A stretch of 64,000 bases of DNA from Cyanobacteria bacterium J06639_14. GTDB taxonomy: Bacteria; Cyanobacteriota; Cyanobacteriia; Phormidesmidales; Phormidesmidaceae. The stretch is taken from positions 13,047 through 77,046 of the forward strand of contig JBCBTQ010000002.1 in NCBI GenBank assembly GCA_039818605.1. The letters run 5' to 3'. The first letter of the stretch is position 1. Each line of letters begins with the position of its first letter. The notes beneath the pieces were generated by a model that was given only the letters and a program-made list of their open reading frames with translations, made no database searches and had not been told where the DNA came from. Shown one piece after another: positions 10,892 through 19,261 of this stretch. A program made the translations under genes and the position numbers.

Positions 10892-13141
10892 ATGACGATT
10901 CAAACTATGACCTCCGGCTATGCCCGCATGGGCAAACGTCGGGAAGATAAAAAAGCACTGGAAGCCTACTGGAGCGGCAATGCCGATGCCGACACGATGC
11001 TGTCTACCGTGCGCGACATTGAAGCCCACGGCTGGAAGACCCAACTGGCCGCTGGTATCGACCATATCGGTGTAGGCGACCAGACCCTCTACGACCAGGT
11101 GCTGGATTGGGCCGTTCGCCTGGGGCTGATTCCGCCCCGATTTCAGGACCTGACCGGACTGGATTGCTACTTTGCGATGGCTCGTGGCAAAGACGGCATC
11201 CCGGCGCTGGAGATGACCAAATGGTTCGACACCAACTACCACTATCTGGTGCCCGAAATTGACGCGGATGCGGCTCCGCAGGCTGACTTTGGAGACTTTC
11301 TGGAGACGGTGACGAGATCGCAGTCTCTGCTGGGCGATCGAGCCACCCCAGTCATCCTCAGTCCCGTAACACTGCTGAGTCTGAGTCGGCAAACGGGCGA
11401 CCTGGATGCCGATCTGGCGAAGCTGCTGCCGCTGTATGTCGAGCTATTGCAACAGCTCAAAGCCTTGAACGTGAAAGAGGTACAGCTGCACGACCCGATT
11501 CTGGTGACGAGCAGCGCCAGCAGTCTGCAATCTCAGGTAGAAAAAACTTACTCAGCCCTGGCGGGCGTGGGTGTGCCGATTCAACTGGTGACCTACTTTG
11601 ACGACCTGGGTGACACCTATGGCTGGGTGACGCGACTGCCTGTAGCAGGCATCAGCCTGGACTTTACGCGGGGCAGGAATCTAGAGCTCGTGAAAGCGCA
11701 CGGCTTCCCGGCAGATAAAACCCTGGGGGCGGGCGTTGTGGATGGTCGCAATGTCTGGAAGATTCGCCCTGAAGCGGTTCAGGCGACACTGAACGAACTT
11801 AAGAAAATTGTCCCCAACCTGCGGGTGCAGCCCTCCGCCTCGCTGCAATTCGTGCCCCACGATGCAATGCTGGAAACCCAGTTGCCCGAAGCCCTGCGTA
11901 ACGTCCTCAGCTTTGCCGAGCAAAAGCTGGAGGAAGTGGTCTTCCTGGCACGGACGCTGAACGGGGAAGACACGACTGCTCAGCAAACTCGGATGACAGA
12001 GCAATGGCAAGCGTTTGAGCAATTCAATCCGCCCCATCCGGAAGTGCGGCAGGCATTGGAGAAGCTGACGGTGCAGGATTTTGAGCGATCGCTCTCCTAC
12101 TCCCGGCGAATTGACCAGCAGGTGAAGCTGCCGCCCCTGCCCACCACCACCATCGGCTCCTTCCCCCAAACCAGGGACGTGCGGCAGTTGCGGGTGAAGT
12201 ACAAAAAAGGCGATATTTCCCAAACCGAGTATCAGCAGCAGATTGACGCCCACATCGCCGAGTGCATCAAACTGCAGGAAGATATCGGCCTGGATGTGCT
12301 GGTGCATGGGGAGTTTGAGCGCACCGACATGGTGGAATACTTCGGCCAGCAACTGGAGGGTTTCGCCTTTACCGTCCACGGCTGGGTACAGAGTTACGGT
12401 AGCCGCTGTGTGCGTCCGCCCATCATCTACGGCGATGTGTCGCGCCCCCAACCGATGACGGTTCGGGAGTTCCAGGTGGCGCAATCCCTGACGGACAAGC
12501 CGGTGAAAGGCATGGTCACCGCTCCGATTACGATTCTCAACTGGTCTTTCCCCCGCGCCGACATTTCCCGTCGTGACCAGGCATTCCAAATTGCCCTGGC
12601 CCTGCGGCAGGAAATCGCCGCCCTGGAAGCCGCTGGCGCACAGATTATTCAGGTAGATGAACCGGCCCTGCGGGAGGGGTTACCCCTGAAGGTGGAACGC
12701 TGGAGCGACTACCTTTCCTGGGCGGTAGATGCCTTTCGGTTGGCGACGGCGGTGGCCCAGCCCCAAACGCAAATTCACACCCACATGTGCTACTGCGAGT
12801 TCGGCGACATCATTCAGGATATCGAGCGCCTGGATGCCGACGTGATTTCCATCGAAAACAGCCGCAGCGGCAACCGCACCCTGCAGGAGGTAACCGAGGG
12901 GGGCTATTCTCACCAGATTGGCAATGGGGTGTATGACATCCACAGTCCGGTGGTGCCCACTCAGGAACAGCTGGTGCAGCAGCTGCAGGCTGGGCTCGCT
13001 AACCTCCCCACCCAGCAAATCTGGGTCAACCCCGACTGTGGCCTCAAGACTCGCCGATGGGAAGAAGTGGTGCCCTCCCTCAAAGCCATGGTGGCCGCAG
13101 CGCAGCAAGTGCGGGAGGACATTCATGCGACTTCCCGTTGA
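10892..13141 (+). CDS. metE: Cobalamin-independent methionine synthase
   Basis: N-terminus MTIQTMTSGYARMGKRREDKKALEAYWSGN parallels E. coli MetE [27 protein letters not shown]. C-terminal Zn site motifs (HMCYCEF, NPDCGLKTR). Start at the ATG at 10892 within track ORF 10778..13141. Confidence 0.95.
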   Translation: MTIQTMTSGYARMGKRREDKKALEAYWSGNADADTMLSTVRDIEAHGWKTQLAAGIDHIGVGDQTLYDQVLDWAVRLGLIPPRFQDLTGLDCYFAMARGKDGIPALEMTKWFDTNYHYLVPEIDADAAPQADFGDFLETVTRSQSLLGDRATPVILSPVTLLSLSRQTGDLDADLAKLLPLYVELLQQLKALNVKEVQLHDPILVTSSASSLQSQVEKTYSALAGVGVPIQLVTYFDDLGDTYGWVTRLPVAGISLDFTRGRNLELVKAHGFPADKTLGAGVVDGRNVWKIRPEAVQATLNELKKIVPNLRVQPSASLQFVPHDAMLETQLPEALRNVLSFAEQKLEEVVFLARTLNGEDTTAQQTRMTEQWQAFEQFNPPHPEVRQALEKLTVQDFERSLSYSRRIDQQVKLPPLPTTTIGSFPQTRDVRQLRVKYKKGDISQTEYQQQIDAHIAECIKLQEDIGLDVLVHGEFERTDMVEYFGQQLEGFAFTVHGWVQSYGSRCVRPPIIYGDVSRPQPMTVREFQVAQSLTDKPVKGMVTAPITILNWSFPRADISRRDQAFQIALALRQEIAALEAAGAQIIQVDEPALREGLPLKVERWSDYLSWAVDAFRLATAVAQPQTQIHTHMCYCEFGDIIQDIERLDADVISIENSRSGNRTLQEVTEGGYSHQIGNGVYDIHSPVVPTQEQLVQQLQAGLANLPTQQIWVNPDCGLKTRRWEEVVPSLKAMVAAAQQVREDIHATSR

Positions 13142-13589
13142 TGTCTGGCAGGGCTGCTCGGGGTACTGGCAGACGGCCTTTATGCGAGAAAATCTGCTGC
13201 CCCTGGGGCATGCCGCGTGGCAAGGCTACCAGACTCAGGGGCGAGGGCTGGTGGTCTGTGACGTGGAGGTGGTCGCAGCCACGTCGGTGGATTGGAGCGG
13301 TGATGTGGTGAAATACCAGACTCGCTACATCACCGCAGTAGCCGTGCCCGATTATCTCGAAGCGCATGGCTTGCAGGCCAGTGATCGAGATCGCCTGGTA
13401 AATGCTGTGCAGACTTACTGTCCCGAGCAGGAAATGCTGACAGCGATCGGCCAAGCCGGATCAATCGAAATCAACTGGCTGCAAAATCTGGAGATCGCTC
13501 CCCCTGACTGCCATCGCCAAGTCTGCAATCGCTGGGACGAGTTCGCGCTGAAATCGAGTGACCGGGGGAGGCGCGACGATGATAGCTAG
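13125..13589 (+). CDS. Conserved hypothetical protein, paralog A of the next gene
   Basis: The ATG at 13125 overlaps the metE stop by 17 nt. Shares W.xAF..NLLPL...AW.G....RG..VC ... Y.PE ... NL.IAPP ... W.EF.L with the following ORF. Confidence 0.6.
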   Translation: MRLPVDVWQGCSGYWQTAFMRENLLPLGHAAWQGYQTQGRGLVVCDVEVVAATSVDWSGDVVKYQTRYITAVAVPDYLEAHGLQASDRDRLVNAVQTYCPEQEMLTAIGQAGSIEINWLQNLEIAPPDCHRQVCNRWDEFALKSSDRGRRDDDS

Positions 13590-14061
13590 CGCTGACTGGC
13601 AATTCGCCTTTGTCGCCACCAATTTGCTGCCCCTGGCCTACAACGCCTGGTGTGGCTTTCTATCCGGGGAGCGAGGAGCGATGGTGTGCAGCCTCAGTGC
13701 TCCCAAACTGGGCATGACCGGAGAAAGTTTTGAGGTCCATTACGTGCCTAGATCGCGGCTGGCCCCCTTCCTCAATGCGTGGCTAGCTGCCCCCGACACG
13801 GTGATTCTGAACCATCACCACATCAACGGGCACATCTTACAAGCGGTCGATGGTTACAATCCCGAAACCGACGCCATTTTACTGCTGGAGTCCGGCGATC
13901 TCGCCTCGTTCCTCTACCTGCGGAACCTGCCGATCGCCCCGCCGCAGGGCTACGAAATTGTCTGCCAAGGCTGGGAAGAGTTTCACCTTAATTCAACCGC
14001 TTTTGAGAACATGCGATTGTTTCAAATCGATTTACCCACGCTCAATCGGAGGCCTGGATGA
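13579..14061 (+). CDS. Conserved hypothetical protein, paralog B
   Basis: ATG at 13579 preceded by GGGGGAGG; overlaps paralog A by 11 nt. The stop overlaps the next start (ATGA). Same motif set as paralog A. Confidence 0.6.
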   Translation: MIASADWQFAFVATNLLPLAYNAWCGFLSGERGAMVCSLSAPKLGMTGESFEVHYVPRSRLAPFLNAWLAAPDTVILNHHHINGHILQAVDGYNPETDAILLLESGDLASFLYLRNLPIAPPQGYEIVCQGWEEFHLNSTAFENMRLFQIDLPTLNRRPG

Positions 14062-14438
14062 CCCCAACGACATTATTTGTTTGCTCACTCTGTCGGTTTT
14101 CGGCTCAGGAACGCAGTCGAGATGGCATTGCCGGTGGACAACATTTGATCAATCAGCTTCAACAAGCCCTGGCTGAACGAGATTTGCAAACGACGGTTCA
14201 CCTGGAGCCATTGCGCTGTATGGCCGGGTGTCAACAACCCTGCAATGTCTCACTGGCGGCACCGGGTAAGCTGACCTTCATTCTCAGTAACGTCAGTCCC
14301 GACAACGGGGCCGCCACGGTTGCGGAGTTTTGCCAGCAATACACCGACAGCGCTAGCGGTCGCGTGCCCTATGGCGATCGCGCTGCTGAAATCCGCCAAG
14401 CCACCGCCTTCGTCCTCCCCCCACTTCCCTCATCCTGA
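14058..14438 (+). CDS. DUF1636-family metal-binding (thioredoxin-like ferredoxin-type) protein
   Basis: Contains TLFVCSLCRF...GGQHLINQL...LEPLRCMAGCQQPCNVSL, the Cys pattern of DUF1636 proteins that commonly neighbour cobW. Confidence 0.7.
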   Translation: MTPTTLFVCSLCRFSAQERSRDGIAGGQHLINQLQQALAERDLQTTVHLEPLRCMAGCQQPCNVSLAAPGKLTFILSNVSPDNGAATVAEFCQQYTDSASGRVPYGDRAAEIRQATAFVLPPLPSS

Positions 14439-14454
14439 TCGCACGACCACGATC

Positions 14455-14482
14455 GTAGGGGCGTACGGCGGTGCGCCCCTAC
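14455..14482 (+). other. GC-rich 9-bp-stem hairpin without U-tract between DUF1636 gene and cobW
   Basis: gtaggggcg-tacggcggtg-cgcccctac, followed by a C-rich tract. Confidence 0.5.
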
Positions 14483-14521
14483 CCCCCATCCACCCACTTA
14501 CCCACCTACCCCCATAGAACT

Positions 14522-15589
14522 ATGCATAAAATTCCCGTTACGGTCATCACTGGCTTTCTCGGCTCCGGTAAAACCACGCTGGTGCGGCACCTGCTGCAAA
14601 ACAACCAGGGACGCCGCATCGCTGTACTCGTTAATGAGTTTGGCGAAGTGGGTATTGATGGCGACATTCTCAAATCTTGTCAGGTCTGCGATGACGACGA
14701 CACAGTGAACGGCACCGCCAATACCAACATCGTGGAACTGGCCAATGGTTGCCTCTGCTGCACCGTCCAGGAAGAGTTTTTGCCCACGATGCAAGAATTG
14801 CTGAAGCGGCGCGACGATATCGACTGCATTGTGATTGAAACGTCGGGACTGGCGCTACCCAAGCCATTGGTGCAGGCGTTTCGCTGGCCCGAGATTCGGA
14901 CCGGAGCCACGGTGGATGGGGTGGTGACGGTGGTAGATGGCGATGCGCTGGCCCAGGGGCACATCGTCGGCGACCTGGAAGCGCTAGAAGCCCAGCGGCA
15001 GGCCGACGACAGTCTGGAGCACGAAACGCCGATTGAGGAACTGTTTGAAGATCAGCTCGCCTGCGCCGATCTGGTGCTGCTGACCAAGACCGATTTGATG
15101 GCTGAGGCGGAGCGCGATCGCGTGCAAACCTGGCTGCAGTCCCAATCCCCCGCTGGCATCAAAGTCTTGCCCTGCCACCAGGGCGAAGTTCACCCCAAAG
15201 TGCTGCTCGGCTTCAACGCCGCTGTGGAGGACAACCTCGACAGTCGCCCCAGCCATCACGACCACGAAGCAGAGCACGAGCACGATGACGATATCAACTC
15301 CGTCTGCATCGAGCTAGAGCAGCCCTTCGATCCCAAAGATCTGGTGCAGCGGTTACAAGCCCTGGTGCAACAGCAAGAAATCTATCGGATTAAAGGCTTT
15401 GTCGCGGTGCCCAACAAAGCTATGCGCCTAGTGCTACAAGGCGTTGGCCAGCGGTTCGACCACTTCTACGATCGCCCCTGGCAAACCGACGAACCCCGCC
15501 ACACTCGTCTGGTGTTCATCGGTCATGGTCTCGATCAGGCCAGCATTCGGCAGCAAGTTGCAGCCGCAATAGAGCCTCTGGCCATTTGA
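14522..15589 (+). CDS. cobW: CobW/COG0523-family metallochaperone GTPase
   Basis: Contains [11 protein letters not shown]-loop, GCLCCT metal motif, and a His/Asp-rich stretch [14 protein letters not shown]. Start at the ATG at 14522 (MHKIPVTV). Confidence 0.85.
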   Translation: MHKIPVTVITGFLGSGKTTLVRHLLQNNQGRRIAVLVNEFGEVGIDGDILKSCQVCDDDDTVNGTANTNIVELANGCLCCTVQEEFLPTMQELLKRRDDIDCIVIETSGLALPKPLVQAFRWPEIRTGATVDGVVTVVDGDALAQGHIVGDLEALEAQRQADDSLEHETPIEELFEDQLACADLVLLTKTDLMAEAERDRVQTWLQSQSPAGIKVLPCHQGEVHPKVLLGFNAAVEDNLDSRPSHHDHEAEHEHDDDINSVCIELEQPFDPKDLVQRLQALVQQQEIYRIKGFVAVPNKAMRLVLQGVGQRFDHFYDRPWQTDEPRHTRLVFIGHGLDQASIRQQVAAAIEPLAI

Positions 15590-15626
15590 CCAACCGTTTC
15601 GGATTCATGCTTTCAGGAGTTTAATC

Positions 15627-16382
15627 ATGCAACAAAACCATCGAAGATTACACCTGGCTGCGATGGCTGGGCTCAGCCTCTATCTGATTGTGGCCGCCGC
15701 TGCCCCAGCCCAGGCCATGCACATTATGGAGGGCTTTCTGCCCGTCGGTTGGGCGGTGTTCTGGTGGATTGTATCCCTACCATTTTTTATCTGGGGCTTG
15801 CGATCTCTCACCCAAATCACCCGCGAGAACCCCGAACTCAAGCTCCTCCTGGCCCTGGCGGGAGCCTTTAGCTTCGTGCTCTCCGCTCTCAAAATCCCCT
15901 CCGTCACTGGGAGCTGTTCCCACCCCACCGGCACTGGGTTAGGCGCAGTCCTTTTCGGTCCTCAAGTAATGACCGTCCTCGGCAGCCTGGTGCTGATCTT
16001 TCAGGCCGTATTGCTGGCCCACGGTGGCTTGACGACCCTCGGGGCGAATGTGTTCTCGATGGCGATCGTCGGTCCCTGGGTTGCCTACGGTATCTATCGC
16101 GGGGTCGCCAGCAGCAGCAGACAGCGCTTTGCTGTGTTCCTGGCCGCTGCCCTAGGTAGCCTGGTGACCTACGTAGTGACCTCTATTCAACTGGCTCTAG
16201 CCTTCCCCGCCGCCAGCGGTGGCATCCTCGCGGCCTTCCTTAAATTTGCCGGAATCTTCGCCCTCACCCAACTGCCTCTCTCCATTAGCGAAGGGCTGCT
16301 CACGGTGCTGGTCTGGAACTGGCTGCAATCCTATGCTACAGAAGAACTGAAGACGTTGGAAGTTTTGAAGGCAGGAGTTTAA
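15627..16382 (+). CDS. cbiM: Cobalt ECF-type transporter substrate component CbiM
   Basis: MHIMEGFLP (the metal-coordinating N-terminus of CbiM/NikM) follows an AxA signal-peptide-like leader (...AAAPAQA|MHIMEG). Translation could alternatively start at the ATG at 15717. Confidence 0.9.
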   Translation: MQQNHRRLHLAAMAGLSLYLIVAAAAPAQAMHIMEGFLPVGWAVFWWIVSLPFFIWGLRSLTQITRENPELKLLLALAGAFSFVLSALKIPSVTGSCSHPTGTGLGAVLFGPQVMTVLGSLVLIFQAVLLAHGGLTTLGANVFSMAIVGPWVAYGIYRGVASSSRQRFAVFLAAALGSLVTYVVTSIQLALAFPAASGGILAAFLKFAGIFALTQLPLSISEGLLTVLVWNWLQSYATEELKTLEVLKAGV

Positions 16383-16446
16383 GTTTTAGATTTTTGGTGT
16401 TGCCTCGAACCCGAATACCTCAAACCCCATACCCCAAAAAAGATCC

Positions 16447-16749
16447 ATGCAAACTCAACAAAAACAAGGCAACTGGCTGATCGTGTTTACGGTCATCGCG
16501 TTGGCGGTGCTGCCCCTGATTTTCGTCAGCGGTGAATATGGTGGTGCCGATGGCGAGGCCGAGGAGGCTATCACGGAAATTCAGCCGGATTACGAACCCT
16601 GGTTTGGCGGCGTTTTTGAGCCCCCCAGTGGCGAAATTGAAAGTCTCCTGTTCGTTTCTCAAGCCGCCATTGGCGCTGGAATTATTGGCTATGTCATTGG
16701 CCTCTATCGAGGACGGACTGAGCGGCAACAGTCGGGTAAAGAGCAATGA
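16447..16749 (+). CDS. cbiN: Cobalt transport protein CbiN
   Basis: 100 aa with two TM helices and the motifs GADGEAEE...YEPWF...GEIESLLF..QAAIGAGIIGY. Confidence 0.9.
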   Translation: MQTQQKQGNWLIVFTVIALAVLPLIFVSGEYGGADGEAEEAITEIQPDYEPWFGGVFEPPSGEIESLLFVSQAAIGAGIIGYVIGLYRGRTERQQSGKEQ

Positions 16750-17318
16750 ATCCCTCAACAATGCTAGAAACCCCCTGGCAGTGGGGCAGCCGATCGCTGT
16801 ATGACAGTCGGCTCTGGTACTACGGTTTGCTCGCAGCGGGCAGCATTAGCAATGTCCTGTACTACTGCACGGTGCCGCTGGTGGGCATTGGCGTGCTGGC
16901 GGGGACAACGCTGCCCCGGCGGCGAGCATTGACGGTGCTGCTAACAATGTGGTTTGTTAATCAGCTCCTGGGATTCACCGTGCGGGGCTATCCCTACACA
17001 GTCAGCACTTTCGCCTGGGGCGGTGTCATGCTGCTGGGGGCCATCCTGGCGGTGTTGCTGGCCTCCCTCCGTCCGGCATTTCACCACACCCTACTCCGTC
17101 ATGGACTGTGGTTGACACTGTCCCTACTGCTCGGGTTTTGCTTGTACGAGTTGGTGATCTGGCTGGGGGGCTTGGCCTTGGGTGGCGTCCACGGGTTCAC
17201 GCTATCGGTGCTGGCAGAAATTTCATTGGGAAATGCCCTCTGGGGCGGTGGACTGGCAGCCGTTCATTGGGGCTTGGTGCAGCGCTGGATGCGGTTGAAG
17301 AATGCACCATCAGATTGA
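16746..17318 (+). CDS. Unknown polytopic membrane protein embedded in the cbi operon
   Basis: 190 aa with about 5-6 hydrophobic helices. Its start overlaps the cbiN stop (ATGA) and its end overlaps the cbiQ start by 17 nt. Confidence 0.6.
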   Translation: MNPSTMLETPWQWGSRSLYDSRLWYYGLLAAGSISNVLYYCTVPLVGIGVLAGTTLPRRRALTVLLTMWFVNQLLGFTVRGYPYTVSTFAWGGVMLLGAILAVLLASLRPAFHHTLLRHGLWLTLSLLLGFCLYELVIWLGGLALGGVHGFTLSVLAEISLGNALWGGGLAAVHWGLVQRWMRLKNAPSD

Positions 17319-18108
17319 TTCCCTGGCCCATACCAACCGTTTACGATGTCTGCCACCGACTCACAAATTGGGGTTTGCGGCAACGCTGTTTATTCTGGGA
17401 TATGCCGCGCCGCCGCTGGCTCAGGCCGCGATCGCCCTCTGGTTATCCCTCTGGATTGTCGGCTATGCCCAAATTCCAGCCACTATCTATGCCCGATTGC
17501 TGCTATTACCCATCAGCTTTTGGCTGATGAGCGTTCCAGCCTTGCTCCTGGGCTTTGGACTGGGGCAAAATCTGGGCAGTTTTCAAGCAGACGTCTGGCG
17601 CGGCTGGGCGGCTGGCCCGGTCTACATTTACCTGAGCCGTCAAGGATGGCAGCAGGCCAGCGCGGTGCTGATGCGCGCGATCGCCCTCACCTCCTGTCTG
17701 TACTTCATATTGCTCACGGTGCCCTTCGTCGAAATTCTGCGGGTGTTGCGTCAATTGCGGTGTCCGAGCCTGATGATTGAACTGCTGGCGCTGATGTACC
17801 GCTTCATCTTTATGCTGGCGACAACCGCTACTGAACTGGCCACAGCGCAGCGATCGCGGGGTGGCTACCTGACCTGGCGCAGACGATTACGCAGCCTGAG
17901 CATTATCGTCAGCCAACTCATGGTTCGCACCCTGGAAAACTACCGAGAACTATCTCTCGGCCTGCAATCGCGCGGCTTCACTGGCGAATTGCGCGTCTGG
18001 CATCACCATCGTCACCAACCCAGTTGGCGCTACGGCATCGAAGCAATCGCCGGATGTATGGTCTTAACCCTCATCACCGTCATACACCATTCCCCCAAAT
18101 GGCATTGA
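17302..18108 (+). CDS. cbiQ: ECF transporter transmembrane (T) component CbiQ
   Basis: 268-aa polytopic protein with the CbiQ-like ...ATELATAQRSRG... (A-R-G coupling region), in the canonical position before cbiO. Confidence 0.85.
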   Translation: MHHQIDSLAHTNRLRCLPPTHKLGFAATLFILGYAAPPLAQAAIALWLSLWIVGYAQIPATIYARLLLLPISFWLMSVPALLLGFGLGQNLGSFQADVWRGWAAGPVYIYLSRQGWQQASAVLMRAIALTSCLYFILLTVPFVEILRVLRQLRCPSLMIELLALMYRFIFMLATTATELATAQRSRGGYLTWRRRLRSLSIIVSQLMVRTLENYRELSLGLQSRGFTGELRVWHHHRHQPSWRYGIEAIAGCMVLTLITVIHHSPKWH

Positions 18109-18147
18109 CCCAACCACCTATCCACCCTGCCACCCTCCACCCGCCCC

Positions 18148-18960
18148 ATGCCCATTGCCTTTAAACAGGTCACCTACACTTACCCCTGTAGCCAACACCC
18201 TGCCGTTCAAGACCTGACGGTCACGATTCCCCCCGGTCGCCGCTGTGCCCTGATTGGTCGCAATGGCTGCGGCAAAAGCACGCTGCTGCGGTTGGCGGAT
18301 GGGTTGTTTCGGCCCGATCGCGGGCAGATTTACTGGCAAGGACAGCCTTTGAACTATCGTGCGCAGGCGTTGCGATCGCTCCGTCAGCAGGTGGGTCTAG
18401 TCTTTCAAGATCCGGAACAGCAACTCGTTGCCACCACGGTCGAGGAAGATTTGTCCTATGGTTTGTGCAATCTGGGTTTGCCCGATGCTGAAGTCGCGAA
18501 CCGCGTCCAGCTGGCTCTTCAGGAATTCGATTTGCGGGAATTAGCCGACACCTCGATCAACCACCTGAGCTTGGGGCAGAAGAAACGAGTGGCGATCGCG
18601 GATGTGATGGTCCTTCGCCCCCAACTCCTGCTGATGGACGAACCGACGGCCTACCTTGATCCGGCGCAAACGCGCACCCTCTTTCAATCGCTAGAACGCA
18701 TTCACGCGGCGGGTACAACCATCGTCATTGCCACCCACGATTTGGAGTTTGTCTATGCTTGGGCAGATTGGCTCATGGTGATGGACCAGGGACGAATTGT
18801 GCTGGTGGGCACTGCCCAAGAAGTCTTTGCAAACCGCACGGTACTCCACGCACTCGGCCTCGGCCTACCCCTCGTGATCGATATCATGGCTGAACTGCCA
18901 GGCTCTAAAACTGACTTGGGACGGATGCATGAGATGCTGCGCAAACGATTTATTTCCTGA
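18148..18960 (+). CDS. cbiO: ECF transporter ATPase CbiO
   Basis: Walker A GRNGCGKSTL, ABC signature LSLGQKKRVAIA, Walker B LLLMDEPTAYLD. Confidence 0.9.
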   Translation: MPIAFKQVTYTYPCSQHPAVQDLTVTIPPGRRCALIGRNGCGKSTLLRLADGLFRPDRGQIYWQGQPLNYRAQALRSLRQQVGLVFQDPEQQLVATTVEEDLSYGLCNLGLPDAEVANRVQLALQEFDLRELADTSINHLSLGQKKRVAIADVMVLRPQLLLMDEPTAYLDPAQTRTLFQSLERIHAAGTTIVIATHDLEFVYAWADWLMVMDQGRIVLVGTAQEVFANRTVLHALGLGLPLVIDIMAELPGSKTDLGRMHEMLRKRFIS

Positions 18961-19261
18961 ATAATACCGGTTTTAGAAACCAAGGGGGCTGCATATGCGG
19001 TATCGATGACACGCAACCCCATTTGAGTAGACTACAAGCAAATTTTCTGACATCCCTTAACGGAAGCTCTGTTACGATTTCGACTTTATGTACTTATGGA
19101 GGACGATGTATCCTGCCTTTGGGTGATCGACTAAAGTTATGTATTAAGAGAGCGGTTGAGTGTATCCCTGTTGTGAAAGGAGATCGGAGAACTTCTCCCA
19201 ATGTACCCCTAAAGATTCTCAGGTCAGTTGTGACCATTACTGAGCAAATTCAAAGTAAATT

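Noticed and set aside
12918-13124. 5' extension of track ORF 12918..13589 overlapping the end of metE
   Set aside because: The extension is an out-of-frame read through the metE coding sequence. A proper ATG at 13125 gives a product alignable from its first residues with the downstream paralog.
18961-19261. Search for the left att site (a direct repeat of the tRNA-Thr 3' half)
   Set aside because: Only an 8-nt match (accaaggg, 18979-18986, against the anticodon-arm region of tRNA-Thr) was found. That is within chance expectation, so the left boundary remains undefined.
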